A DNA stretch of 64,000 nt from NCBI GenBank assembly GCA_964035575.1, contig OZ037846.1, forward strand, positions 248,001-312,000, given 5' to 3'. Numbering within the stretch: position 1 is the first letter of the stretch; each line of letters starts with the position of its first letter. This document shows positions 1 to 11,886 of the stretch, piece by piece. The notes under the pieces are model-generated. The model searched no databases and was not told the origin of the DNA. It was given only the letters and a program-made list of their open reading frames with translations. The position numbers and the translations under genes were made by a program. Origin of the DNA: Rhynchopus sp. YZ270_cl-10 (Eukaryota).

Positions 1-445
1 CTGGTGGGTGGTGTGGGTTCAGTGTTGGGAGATGGACGTAACCACCACGCTAAATATGCCTCCTGCACCTCATCCTGAAACGGCAGACACGTCTTCGGAG
101 GTACGCTTTGCACCTCCTCGGGTTGTTCTCGCCAAGGTCAGAATGTGTAACTAGGAAGGTACCCACGCACCACTGTGTTGTGCTGCTCCCTTTCTTCTCA
201 TCTGTGCAGCTGCTGACTACCAATGTGTGGACCTAGGTGGGTGTCCGTGTCTCTGGAGGGGGGAGGAAAAAAACTGTGTACTGAGTATTCGTCTTGCTTT
301 CATCTGAGATAACCGTTCCCCCCACAGCTTAATGTCGGGAGGGCCTTCCTTAATGTTTAACTACCTCCCCCACCGCCCCCCACCCCTCCTTATTATTTGC
401 CTTGTACTTTCCGAGGCAAGAGCAAGGCCGCTCACACCCTCCCCA
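1..445 (-). repeat. Upstream (5') region of a further cyclase-like paralog whose CDS lies off the left edge
   Basis: Near-identical to 13692-14140 and to the regions upstream of the copies starting at 3051, 5827 and 10166. Confidence 0.85.
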
Positions 446-1311
446 ACGTTGCAAGTATCCCCTTCTCCAATTCAAGGCAACACAACTGTTGCTTTCCCCC
501 TCGTTCCCGTACATAATGCATACTGTGAAGAGGCTAAGGGTAGAAGAACACAGAGGAAGGAAATGCTTGTACTACAGGGAAGTCATGTAGCTGTAAAACT
601 GCATGTGGTAGCCAGTAAAGAATAGGCATAACGGTGAACAATATAGGTTGCAACAGTGCGCCATCTGACCGCACAATGGTATCTACTTCTTCACCTCCCC
701 GAACCGCCACCCAGCTGTCTTGAAAAAAACTGTATTTGCCGATGCAGGCAGACCCACGTACGATGCCAGCCATCCGGATGAAAGCACAAAGGACCCTGCG
801 GCCTACAACAGTAGATGTAAAAAGGAAACCTAATGACTTGCCCCTTGAAGAAAGAAGTGGCAAAGGCAAAGCGAAAAAAACAGACACCCTCCTTTCCCGA
901 CTTTTTGTGGGCAAAAATCTTTTTTCCCCTCCCGACCCCCCAAAGGTTTCTGCAGGGAAATAATTTAAAGTAGTTTCCTTCCTTGCTTTCGTGTTTTTGT
1001 ATTCTTTATCCATGTGGGTCTCCCCCCAGTGGACCGGGAGGGACCCCGCTCTGCCGTGGCAGTCGTGGTTAGCGTTGTCATGTTTGTCTGTAGCACACAA
1101 GTAAGAAGAGCAACTCTAGCTCTCATTGGCGTCTGTTTCTCAAGCGTTTATGTCACTGCTCCACTCTTGTGGGCTGCCGTTAAATTGAAGGGCCCTCATC
1201 ATTTACCAGGCAGCACACCTGCTCTTACATAAGCCACGGTATGTACTCATTACGCGACGTACGAACGCGGTTAGTAACAGATGTTGTGCAGTTCCAGTGC
1301 AATATTTCTGA

Positions 1312-3051
1312 TCAGGAATTTGGTAAGCAACTCTTTGAGTAGAGCAACACAACACTGCACGTCCCAGAAGGAACTGCGTGTGCTGGTGTGCCAACCCCTC
1401 CCGCAGCTGTCCATGCCTCAGCAACGTCAAGGTCAGACTGCTCACCACGCAGGTACCCACGCACGGTATTGTTGTACTGCTGCCAATGCTTCTTCCCACC
1501 TATCATGTACATCCACTCGTCAACAACTGCTCCTGGATCACTTAGCTGAGCCATCACTTCCGCCACAACCTGTGCCTCACAGCCAGAGGCAACCTCCACC
1601 TTGCACGGAAGCAGACGCAGTTGGTGTTCGCACTCAGCATCGCTGAAGCACATCCTGTTGCACACCACATCACACCCCAGCATACGCCCCACACGTTCCA
1701 GCCCGTTCACATCACGCACAAGCTCCCCCACCATGCTGAACCGACGCATCACCTCACAACCCATGTCACCACGCAGCACCTTCCCAGTCGCAACACCAGC
1801 ATTCACCTTCTCACAAAAGCTGCTCGCACCCTTCAGAAGCAGGCTTGCTGCGTGCAGTGCAGATGTGGCATGTGTCGCACACTGCTTCGAGGCGTTGAAC
1901 GAACAGTGGATCCTGTCCCCGATGAACACGTCCACCATCCCACGTCTTGTCTCTGTTGCCTGCAGGGTCTTCAGGAGGAGAGTGGTGAAGAAGGAGGAGT
2001 AGGTCGCACTGTCCTTCTCCAGAAAATGCAGGGTGTCCTTCACGTTCAGTGTCAGCAGGGTTGCCTTGACCGAGGACAGACCCAGTGGCACGCACACTGG
2101 CATGGTCTCATTTCTCGAAATACACGAGTCTGAGCCTCTAAGCGAGCTCAGCGACTCCGACTGTCCATCCACCTCGTCCTCAGAAAGCACCTTCTCCATC
2201 TCATCCTGAAACGGCAGACACGTCTTCGGGAGGTACGCTTTGTACATGCGCAGGTTCTTCTCCAGTCTCCACAGGGCAGCAGTCATCCCCTCAGGCAGGT
2301 CACCCCCATGCACGTCCAGCATCTCCGCCACCTGTTCCACGTCGTACCCCGCAAGAAGCGACGCAATCTCCTGCACAACGCTGATCGTGCGCCTCATTGA
2401 CTCCTGCTCCTTCAGCACATCGTGCGCAAACCTGCGTGTCACGAAGAAGTCTACCAGGAAGACAGCAATGGCGGAAAGGGAGATTTGTGGGGGAAATGGT
2501 GTCTTGCAGGGAAGGAACTCGCAGTCAGTTTCGATCCTGAATTTCTCTCTCCTGCTGTGTTCACCTTCGTACGGTGGCAACCCAGGAAGGTCAAGCAAGC
2601 CAAACCTGAAGGATTCCTCACATGCCGTCAGAAGAAGCCACACCACTATCATAGCAACGAAGCCTGCACTGTACCGTGCTGCGACTTGCATCACAAGCAA
2701 CAGGTCCACAATCAGGATCAGAATTGGCCAACCAGAATAACTAAGTGCACGTGCGTCCAAGTCCCATATGAAGAAACCAATACCGAACAAGTACAACATA
2801 CCCACCACGAACCTGGTGTGCAGTTGCTGCTTGCAGAGCACCTTACCAACAACAATCCAGCAGCCAACATTTAATACACCCATCCCTATCATTTTAATGA
2901 TGCGTCCTTGTCCGTAGTCCCCGTGTATGCTATATTTGAAGGAACTCACGACAATCCCGACCACACAGAACACAAACATGATGGTGCGCTTCTTCACCTC
3001 GTCAGCACTGAGAGACCCGTCAATGGTCAGTGCGCTGTTCAGGCACCGCAT
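1312..3051 (-). CDS. 6-TM protein with degenerate class III nucleotide-cyclase domain (A-alpha type), copy 1
   Basis: First ATG (MRCLNS) at 3051; the ORF-track start at 3072 is GTG. Six hydrophobic segments, a helical linker, then VDVFIGD...GVATG...GDMG...FSMVGELV cyclase-fold motifs. Confidence 0.85.
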   Translation of the reverse strand: MRCLNSALTIDGSLSADEVKKRTIMFVFCVVGIVVSSFKYSIHGDYGQGRIIKMIGMGVLNVGCWIVVGKVLCKQQLHTRFVVGMLYLFGIGFFIWDLDARALSYSGWPILILIVDLLLVMQVAARYSAGFVAMIVVWLLLTACEESFRFGLLDLPGLPPYEGEHSRREKFRIETDCEFLPCKTPFPPQISLSAIAVFLVDFFVTRRFAHDVLKEQESMRRTISVVQEIASLLAGYDVEQVAEMLDVHGGDLPEGMTAALWRLEKNLRMYKAYLPKTCLPFQDEMEKVLSEDEVDGQSESLSSLRGSDSCISRNETMPVCVPLGLSSVKATLLTLNVKDTLHFLEKDSATYSSFFTTLLLKTLQATETRRGMVDVFIGDRIHCSFNASKQCATHATSALHAASLLLKGASSFCEKVNAGVATGKVLRGDMGCEVMRRFSMVGELVRDVNGLERVGRMLGCDVVCNRMCFSDAECEHQLRLLPCKVEVASGCEAQVVAEVMAQLSDPGAVVDEWMYMIGGKKHWQQYNNTVRGYLRGEQSDLDVAEAWTAAGGVGTPAHAVPSGTCSVVLLYSKSCLPNS

Positions 3052-4090
3052 CGTTGGGATTTTGATCCTCACAAACCTTTGCTATGTGTGGAGCAGGGGT
3101 GTGTGGATGTGTGTTGTGTGCACTGGTGGGTGGTGTGGGTTCTGTGTTGGGAGATGGACGTAACCACCACGCTGAATATGCCTCCTGCACCTCATCCTGA
3201 AATGGCAGACACGTCTTCGGAGGTACGCTTTGCACCTCCTCGGGTTGTTCTCGCCAAGGTCAGAATGTGTAACTAGGAAGGTACCACGCACCACTGTTGT
3301 GCTGCTCCCTTTCTTCTCATCTGTGCAGCTGCTGACTACCAATGTGTGGACCTAGGTGGGTGTCCGTGTCTCTGGAGGGGGGAGGAAAAAAACTGGGTAC
3401 TGAGTATTCGTCTTGCTTTCATCTGATATAACCGTTCCCCCCACAGCTTAATGTCGCGAGGGTTCACTTCCTTACTGTTTAACCACGCCACCAGCTGTAA
3501 AACTGTGATGTAGTAGCCAGTAAAGAATAGGCATAACGTTGAACAATATAGGTTGCAACAGTGCGCCAACCGGTCGCACTGAGCGTAAATAGGTATTGAA
3601 GAGCAACAGCAGTGCGCCATCTGACCGCAAAACGGCAGCTTCGGGTGTAAACTTATTCGGTGGCCCCTTCATGCATTCAAGAGATTGACATCGTAGGAGG
3701 AGGGGTCAAAAAAAACGTTGCCATCCTTATGGGGTTACGGAGGGGCCTACATTAACATGTCCTTCACACTGTGGGTCCATTTATGCGTGGTGGGTTCGTG
3801 GCCGGGAAATACGCATCGTACAAAAACACTACATTTGCTTTTTTGGAATCCGTTCGTCCAGAGGTGGGGTCACTTTGCCAAAACGGACAAGTTATGGGCA
3901 CATACAAAAATACAAACAAAAAAGCACTACAAATTATAAATGACACCACCCCCCATACTGATGTGTGTTTGACAGGTGTTTCAGGAACACCATCCTATCT
4001 TTACTCACGGTAAGAGAAAAAAAACTCGGAACTTAAATTTAAAAACAGATTTAAAAAATGGATTGTGCAGTTACAGTGGAATACTTCTGT

Positions 4091-5827
4091 TCAGAGATTT
4101 ACGTAACAACTCTTTGAGTAGAGCAACACAACACTGCACGTCCCAGAAGGAACTGCGCGTGCTGGTGTGCCAACCCCTCCCGCAGCTGTCCATGCCTCAG
4201 CAACATCAAGGTCAGACTGCTCACCACGCAGGTACCCACGCACGGCAATGTTGTACTCCTCCCAATGCGTCTTCTCACCTATCATGTACATCCACTCGTC
4301 AGCTGCTTCTTCTGGATCACTCAGCTGAGCCATCAGTTCCGCCACAACCTGTGCCTCACAGCCAGAGGCAACCTCCACCTTGCACGGAAGCAGACGCAGC
4401 TGGTGTTCGCACTCAGCATCGCTGAAGCACATCCTGTTGCACACCACATCACACCCCAGCATACGCCCCACACGTTCCAGCCCGTTCACATCACGCACAA
4501 GCTCCCCCACCATGCTGAACCGACGCATCACCTCACAACCCATGTCACCACGCAGCACCTTCCCAGTCGCAACACCAGCATTCACCTTCTCACAAAAGCT
4601 GCTCGCACCCTTCAGAAGCAGGCTTGCTGCGTGCAATGCAGATGTGGCATGTGTCGCACACTGCTTCGAGGCGTTGAACGAACAGTGGATCCTGTCCCCG
4701 ATGAACACGTCCACCATCCCACGTCTTGTCTCTGTTGCCTGCAGGGTCTTCAGGAGGAGAGTGGTGAAGAAGGAGGAGTAGGTCGCACTGTCCCTCTCCA
4801 GCAAATGCAGGGTGTCCTTCACGTTCAGTGTCAGCAGGGTTCCCTTTGCCGAGGACAGACCCAGTGGCAGGCACACTGGCATGGTCTCGAGTCTGCAATT
4901 AGAGGACTCTGTGGAAACGTCTGTTGTCTCTGTCAGGTCATCGTGCTCACTGCTCCCTGCGCATGTTCTCTCCACCTCATCCTGAAACGGCAGACACGTC
5001 TGCGGGAGGTACGCTTTGTACATGCGCAGGTTCTTCTCCAGTCTCCACAGAGCAGCAGTCATCCCCTCAGGCAGGTCACCCCCATGCACGTCCAGCATCT
5101 CCGCCACCTGCTCCACGTCGTACCCCGCAAGAAGCGACGCAATCTCCTGCACAACGCTGATCGTGCGCCGCATTGACTCCTGCTCCTTCAGCAAATTGCG
5201 CGCAAACCTGCGTGTCACGAAGAAGTCGATCAGGAAGACAGCAATGGCGGGAAGGGCGCCAAGTGGGGGAAATGGTTTCTTGCAGGGAAGGAACTCGCAG
5301 TCTGTTTCGATCCTGAATTTCTCTCTCCTGCTGTGTTCACCCTCCTGCGGTGGCAACCCAGGAAGGTCAAGCAAACCAAACCTGAAGGATTCCTCACATG
5401 CCATCAGGAGAAGCCACACCACTATCATAGCAACGAAGCCTGCACTGTACCGTGCTGCGACTTGCATCACAAGCAACAGGTCCACAATCAGGATCAGAAG
5501 TGGCCAACAAGTATAACTAAGTGCACGTGTGTCCAAGTCCCATGTGAATATACAAATGCCGAACAAGTACAACATACCCACCACGAACCTGGTGTGCAGT
5601 TGCTGTTTGCAGAGCACCTTACCAACCACAATCCAGCAGCCAATGTTGAATGCAATCACCCCTATCATGTTAAGGGTGCGTTCTTGCAGGTAGTACCCGT
5701 GCACCCCATAAACGAAGAGATTCCCGACAGTGGAGGCCACACAGAACACAAACATGATGGTGCGCTTCTTCACCTCGTCCGCACTGAGAGACCCGTCAAT
5801 GGTCAGTGCGCTGTTCAGGCACCGCAT
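4091..5827 (-). CDS. 6-TM pseudo-cyclase protein, copy 2
   Basis: Intact ORF; C-terminal domain almost identical to copy 1. Confidence 0.85.
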   Translation of the reverse strand: MRCLNSALTIDGSLSADEVKKRTIMFVFCVASTVGNLFVYGVHGYYLQERTLNMIGVIAFNIGCWIVVGKVLCKQQLHTRFVVGMLYLFGICIFTWDLDTRALSYTCWPLLILIVDLLLVMQVAARYSAGFVAMIVVWLLLMACEESFRFGLLDLPGLPPQEGEHSRREKFRIETDCEFLPCKKPFPPLGALPAIAVFLIDFFVTRRFARNLLKEQESMRRTISVVQEIASLLAGYDVEQVAEMLDVHGGDLPEGMTAALWRLEKNLRMYKAYLPQTCLPFQDEVERTCAGSSEHDDLTETTDVSTESSNCRLETMPVCLPLGLSSAKGTLLTLNVKDTLHLLERDSATYSSFFTTLLLKTLQATETRRGMVDVFIGDRIHCSFNASKQCATHATSALHAASLLLKGASSFCEKVNAGVATGKVLRGDMGCEVMRRFSMVGELVRDVNGLERVGRMLGCDVVCNRMCFSDAECEHQLRLLPCKVEVASGCEAQVVAELMAQLSDPEEAADEWMYMIGEKTHWEEYNIAVRGYLRGEQSDLDVAEAWTAAGGVGTPARAVPSGTCSVVLLYSKSCYVNL

Positions 5828-7211
5828 CGTTGGGCTTTTGATCCTCACAAACCTTTGCTATGTGTGGAGCAGGGGTGTGTGGATGTGTGTTGTGTGCACT
5901 GGTGGGTGGTGTGGGTTCTGTGTTGGGAGATGGACGTGACCACCACGCTGAATATGCCTCCTGCACCTCATCCTGAAACGGCAGACACGTCTTCGGAGGT
6001 ACGCTTTGCACCTCCTCGGGTTGTTCTCGCCAAGGTCAGAATGTGTAACTAGGAAGGTACCACGCACCACTGTTGTGCTGTTCCCTTTCTTCTCATCTGT
6101 GCAGCTGCTGACTACCAATGTGTGGACCTAGGTGGGTGTCCTTGTCTCTGGAGGGGGGAGGAAAAAAACTGGGTACTGAGTATTCGTCTTGCTTTCATCT
6201 GAGATAACCGTTCCCCCCACAGCTTAATGTCGCGAGGGCCTTCCTTAATGTTTAACCACGCCACCAGCTGTAAAACTGTGATGTAGTAGCCAGTAAAGAA
6301 TAGGCATAACGGTGAACAATATAGGATGCAACAGTGCGCCAACCGGTCGCACTGAGCGTTAATAGGTATTGAAGAGCAACAGCAGTGCGCCATCTGACCG
6401 CACAACGGCAGCTACTTCTTCTCCTCCCCAAATGGGAACCCAGCTGTCTTGAGCTGGCGTGTCTGCGGAAAATGAGCGATGAAGTACCACTACTCGAGAT
6501 GTGCACTTTATGTCAGTACTGTGCTACGCCAATGAAGAATAGGCGCAACAGTACTGTTTAGAGGATAACACAGTGCATCAATGTGGTCGCAACTATGTGA
6601 AGGTTGTGTCAAAGCGTCAGGAGGATAGACCTCTTATCAGGTGTTGAAGCACCCTGACTATGAAACATGAGATTCTCGGGGTTTAGTAAGGAAACCCGGT
6701 CTGCAAAATAAAAAACAGAAACGCACCAACAAAATCTCCAAAAATCCCGGGACAAAAGATAACAATTAGCACAAAGCCTGCCCGTGGAACAGTGTTTTCT
6801 TACTTTTGCCACTTCAAGGATTTTTGGGGTCAATTTTGTGCACAATCTGACTCCTGGCCAACGCAAAAACCACATAAACGAAGAAGCAACACATCCGATT
6901 CCCTGCAGTAAAAGAGTTGTAGAGGTCATGAGATACAATGATTTCAAAAAATCTTTTATAGTCCCCTTTGTAAACCACATTGTTTTGTTCTTCCTTTTTG
7001 CTTTCAACCTTTTTTATTCATTTACTTTTTTGTTATTTGGGAGACACGCCCTACGTGTCGGTTCTGTGGAAAGACCAGCACGGAACCACCTGCGTGCTCC
7101 CTTTTCATGTCGATCCATGAAAACTGTATCACAAGTGATACCGGGAGTCACACAGGATTTTTATTTTTTTATTTTTGAAGAAAAGTACCTTAAAAAGACC
7201 CAATGTGTACA

Positions 7212-7603
7212 CTCATGCCAAGGAAAAACCAAGCCAAGGTTGGTCTGCATCGCCCATCAAGAGGGTTCCGCAAGCGTACCATACCCAGTGCTCATGCCAA
7301 GGAAAAACCAAGCCAAGGTTGGTCTGCATCGCCCATCAAGAGGGTTCCGCAAGCACAGAATATGTTAAAGTAATAAAGGGGGGTTAGGGAGAAAATAGGT
7401 GAAAAAAGCAAAAACAGTATGAGGGGGAAACGAAAAAGCATAAAAGACTCACAATGTACACTCATGCCAAGGAAAAACCAAACCAAGGTTGGTCTGCATC
7501 GCCCATCAAGAGGGTTCCGCAAGCGTACAATACCCTGTGCTCATGCCAAGGAAAAACCAAGCCAAGGTTGGTCTGCATCACCCATCAAGAGGGTTCCGCA
7601 AGC
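7212..7603. repeat. Four copies of a 64-bp unit arranged as two dimers
   Basis: CTCATGCCAAGGAAAAACCAAGCCAAGGTTGGTCTGCATCGCCCATCAAGAGGGTTCCGCAAGC at 7212, 7291, 7461 and 7540; degenerate relatives continue to about 7785. Confidence 0.9.
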
Positions 7604-8435
7604 ACAGAATATGCGAGAGTAAAAAGAAGGAGAGAGAAAAAAAAAACCGAAGGTGTACTCATGCCAGTAATAACAGACCCAAGGTACTCATAACCCAGAT
7701 AACAGATCCAAGGGTGGTGCCTCACCCTCAAGAGGGCTCCCACGTACTCATAACAAGGATGTCTGATCCAGGGGTGGTGTCTCGGATAGTCATTCAGCAC
7801 ACGTTCCTTCTTATTTCTTTTTGAAACTTTGATAAAACTTTTTTGTTGGAGGGTGGGTGGGAAAAAAAGTTTGTAAATTGCGGAAGACGCAAAACAAACT
7901 CGCGAACGAAAAAAGGGTTTATTCTGCGAAGTGGTGGTAATGGGGAGAATAAAACATTACGAAAAAACCTCCACTCTCATTTCGCAAGCTTCATTTCCGT
8001 TTTGGTTTTCTCCTCACAAAAAAAAACCAAACGACCAAAAAAGATCGGGTCTTTTGTTTGTGCGCTCAAAGCCGGGAAAACAAAAAGGTGAAAAAATGTG
8101 TTAAACTGAAGTACGGTTGTTGTGGTTAATTGAGTACTCAAAGAAAACAAGCAAGCTTCTGTTTTTTTCAATCCGTTTTGTTTGCCCTGCAGCGCTGCCT
8201 CCAATCTTTTTAGAATTGACAACAAGTTGTTTTATCAAAAAAATAATGGCACTATATTTGGGAAATAGCTCGCATTCGGGTGGAAACTTCATCGGTAGGC
8301 CCCTTTATGCATTCAACAAATTGATAGCAGAGGAGGAGGGATCAACAAAAATGTTCCTATCTTAAAAAGAACGGAACTGAAAAATTACAAACAGTAGGTA
8401 ACAGATTTTGTGCAGTTACAGTGTCCTACTTCTAT

Positions 8436-10166
8436 TTAGGGATTTGCGGAACAACTCTTTGAGTAGAGCAACACAACACTGCACGTCCCAGAAGGAACTG
8501 CGTGTGCTGGTGTGCCAACCCCTCCCGCAGCTGTCCATGCCTTGGCAACGTCAAGGTCAGACTGCTCACCACGCAGGTACCCACGCACGGTATTGTTGTA
8601 CTCCTCCCAATGCTTCTTCCCACCTATCATGTACATCCACTCGTCAACTGCTTCTTCTGCAGCACTCAGCTGAGCCATCACTTCCGCAACAACCTGTGCC
8701 TCACAGCCAGAGGCAACCTCCACCTTGCACGGAAGCAGACGCAGCTGGTGTTCGCACTCAGCATCGCTGAAGCACATCCTGTTGCACACCACATCACACC
8801 CCAGCATACGCCCCACACGTTCCAGCCCGTTCACATCACGCACAAGCTCCCCCACCATGCTGAACCGACGCATCACCTCACAACCCATGTCACCACGCAG
8901 CACCTTCCCAGTCGCAACACCAGCATTCACCTTCTCACAAAAGCTGCTCGCACCCTTCAGAAGCAGGCTTGCTGCGTGCAGTGCAGATGTGGCATGTGTC
9001 GCACACTGCTTCGAGGCGTTGAACGAACAGTGGATCCTGTCCCCGATGAACACGTCCACCATCCCACGTCTTGTCTCTGTTGCCTGCAGGGTCTTCAGGA
9101 GGAGAGTGGTGAAGAAGGAGGAGTAGGTCGCACTGTCCTTCTCCAGCAAATGCAGGGTGTCCTTCACGTTCAGTGTCAGCAGGGTTGTCTTTACCGAGGA
9201 CAGACCCAGTGGCAGGCACACTGGCATGGTCTCGAGTCTGCAATGTGAGGACTCTGTGGATGTGTCTGCTGTCTCTGTCAGGTCGCTGTCTTCACTATCT
9301 TGCATCTTGTCCACCTCATCCTGAAAAGGCAGACACGTCTTCGGGAGGTACGCTTTGTACATGCGCAGGTTCTTCTCCAGTCTCCACAGGGCAGCAGTCA
9401 TCCCCTCAGGCAGGTCACCCCCATGCACGTCCAGCATCTCCGCCACCTGCTCCACGTCGTACCCCGCAAGAAGCGACGCAATCTCCTGCACAACGCTGAT
9501 CGTGCGCCGCATTGACTCCTGCTCCTTCAGCACATCGTGCGCAAACCTGCGTGTCACGAAGAAGTCGATCAGGAAGACAGCCAGGGAGGAAAGGGAGCTT
9601 TGTGGGGGAAATGGTTTCTTGCAGGGAAGAAACTCGCAGTCTGTTTCACTCCTGAATTTCTCTCTCCTGCTGTATTCACCTTCGTACGGTGGCAACCCAG
9701 GAAGGTCAAGCAAACCAAACCTGAAGGATTCCTCACATGACATCAGGAGAAGCCACACCACTATCATAGCAACGAAGCCTGCACTGTACCGTGCTGCGAC
9801 TTGCATCACAAGCAACAGGTCCACTAGCAGGATCAGAAGTGGCCAACTAGAATAACTAAGTGCACGTGTGTCCAAGTCCCATAGGAACATGCCAATACCG
9901 AGCAAGTACAACATACCCACCACGAACCTGGTGTGCAGTTGCTGCTTGCAGAGCACCTTACCAACAACAACCCAGCAGCCAATGTTGAATAAACCCATCC
10001 CTATCATTTTAATGATGCGTCCTTGTCCGTAGTCCCCGTGTATGCTATATTTGAAGGAACATATGACACTCGCGGTCACACAGAACACAAACATGATGGT
10101 GCGCTTCTTCACCTCGTCAGCACTGAGAGACCCGTCAATGGTCAGTGCGCTGTTCAGGCACCGCAT
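8436..10166 (-). CDS. 6-TM pseudo-cyclase protein, copy 3
   Basis: Intact ORF, same family. Confidence 0.85.
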   Translation of the reverse strand: MRCLNSALTIDGSLSADEVKKRTIMFVFCVTASVICSFKYSIHGDYGQGRIIKMIGMGLFNIGCWVVVGKVLCKQQLHTRFVVGMLYLLGIGMFLWDLDTRALSYSSWPLLILLVDLLLVMQVAARYSAGFVAMIVVWLLLMSCEESFRFGLLDLPGLPPYEGEYSRREKFRSETDCEFLPCKKPFPPQSSLSSLAVFLIDFFVTRRFAHDVLKEQESMRRTISVVQEIASLLAGYDVEQVAEMLDVHGGDLPEGMTAALWRLEKNLRMYKAYLPKTCLPFQDEVDKMQDSEDSDLTETADTSTESSHCRLETMPVCLPLGLSSVKTTLLTLNVKDTLHLLEKDSATYSSFFTTLLLKTLQATETRRGMVDVFIGDRIHCSFNASKQCATHATSALHAASLLLKGASSFCEKVNAGVATGKVLRGDMGCEVMRRFSMVGELVRDVNGLERVGRMLGCDVVCNRMCFSDAECEHQLRLLPCKVEVASGCEAQVVAEVMAQLSAAEEAVDEWMYMIGGKKHWEEYNNTVRGYLRGEQSDLDVAKAWTAAGGVGTPAHAVPSGTCSVVLLYSKSCSANP

Positions 10167-11886
10167 CGTTGGGCTTTTGATCCTCACAAACCTTTGCTAT
10201 GTGTGGAGCAGGGGTGTGTGGATGTGTGTTGTGTGCACTGGTGGGTGGTGTGGGTTCTGTGTTGGGAGATGGACGTAACCACCACGCTGAATATGCCTCC
10301 TGCACCTCATCCTGAAACGGCAGACACGTCTTCGGAGGTACGCTTTGCACCTCCTCGGGTTGTTCTCGCCAAGGTCAGAATGTGTAACTAGGAAGGTACC
10401 CACGCACCACTGTGTTGTGCTGCTCCCTTTCTTCTCATCTGTGCAGCTGCTGACTACCAATGTGTGGACCTAGGTGGGTGTCCGTGTCTCTGGAGGGGGG
10501 AGGAAAAAAACTGTGTACTGAGTATTCGTCTTGCTTTCATCTGAGATAACCGTTCCCCCCACAGCTTAATGTCGCGAGGGCCTTCCTTAATGTTTAACCA
10601 CGCCACCAGCTGTAAAACTGTGATGTAGTAGCCAGTAAAGAATAGGCATAACGGTGAACAATATAGGTTGCAACAGTGCGCCAACCGGTCGCACTGAGCG
10701 TTAATAGGTATTGAAGAGCAACAGCAGTGCGCCATCTGACCGCACAACGGCAGCTACTTCTTCTCCTCCCCGAATGGCCACCCAGCTATCTTGAGCTGGC
10801 GTGTCTGCGGAAAATGAGCGATGAAGTACCACTACCGGAGATGTGCACTTTATGTCTGAACCATGTGACGTAAGTCAGCCGGCTACGCGAATAAAGAATA
10901 GGCGCAACAGTGATGTTTAGAGGATAACACAGTGCGCCAACATGTTTAACCACGCCACCAGCTGTAAAACTGTGTGTAGTAGTGGTCGCAACTATGTGAA
11001 GGTTGTGTCAAAGCGTCAGGAATAGACGGCTTATCAGGTGGAGAAGTGCCCTCACTATGCAATATGAGATTCATGGCTGTAGTAAGACAAAAGACAAAAA
11101 TTAGCGCAAAGCCTGCCCAAAACAGTGTTTTCTTACTTTTGTCACTTTCAGGCGATTTCTGCACTATTTGTGGTCAATTTTGTGCAGAAACTGACTTCTG
11201 GTCAACGCAAAAACCACATAAGCGAAGTAGCAACACATCCGGTTCCCTGCCGTAAAAGAGTTGTAGAGGCTAAGAGCAAAAAAATGTGCAAAAACCAAAA
11301 ATAGAAAACGACTTCAGGATATGACAGTTAAATGAAATAAAGAAACACTTTTGCGTTTATCGAACCGCAAAAGGTTTGTGTTTTTTTCACTGATGAATGT
11401 GAGACATGTTAGTGGAAAACCAATGCGCTAAAGCGGGGACGCACCATCCGTCGTTTTCCATTTCTATTTGTCAAGGCTTGATAACACAAAATAGTAGGAT
11501 CGGTAGGTGAGTAAAAGGAAAAAAGGTTTTTTTTTCGTTGATTGCACAATCCTCCTGTTTGAGGGATGATTGGCGACCGTACCGGTAATACTATTTCCCC
11601 TTTAAAGCAAGCTTCGTAGGAATAAAAAAAAAAAGCCGACCCCATATTACAGACTTCTTGCGTAGTTGTCGCGTTGTACGTTTAAAGGATTTCTGGGCAC
11701 CATATTTGGGGAAATAGCTCGTATTCGGGTGGAAATTTAATTGGTGGGCCCCTTCATGCATTCAAGAGATTGATATCGTAGGAGGAGGGGTCAACAAGAA
11801 TGTTGCCATCTTTAAAAAAACAGAGCTTACACTTAAAAACAGTTTCAAAAAACACATCTTATGCAGTTCCAGTGCATTACTTCTGT

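Noticed and set aside
3052..3072. MRIKSPT N-terminal extension in the ORF track
   Set aside because: It begins at GTG; the eukaryotic start is the downstream ATG, and the last copy lacks this segment
7212..7603. CRISPR-like or hammerhead reading of the 64-bp repeats
   Set aside because: Spacers are themselves duplicated, there are no cas genes and no CUGAUGA/GAAA core is present
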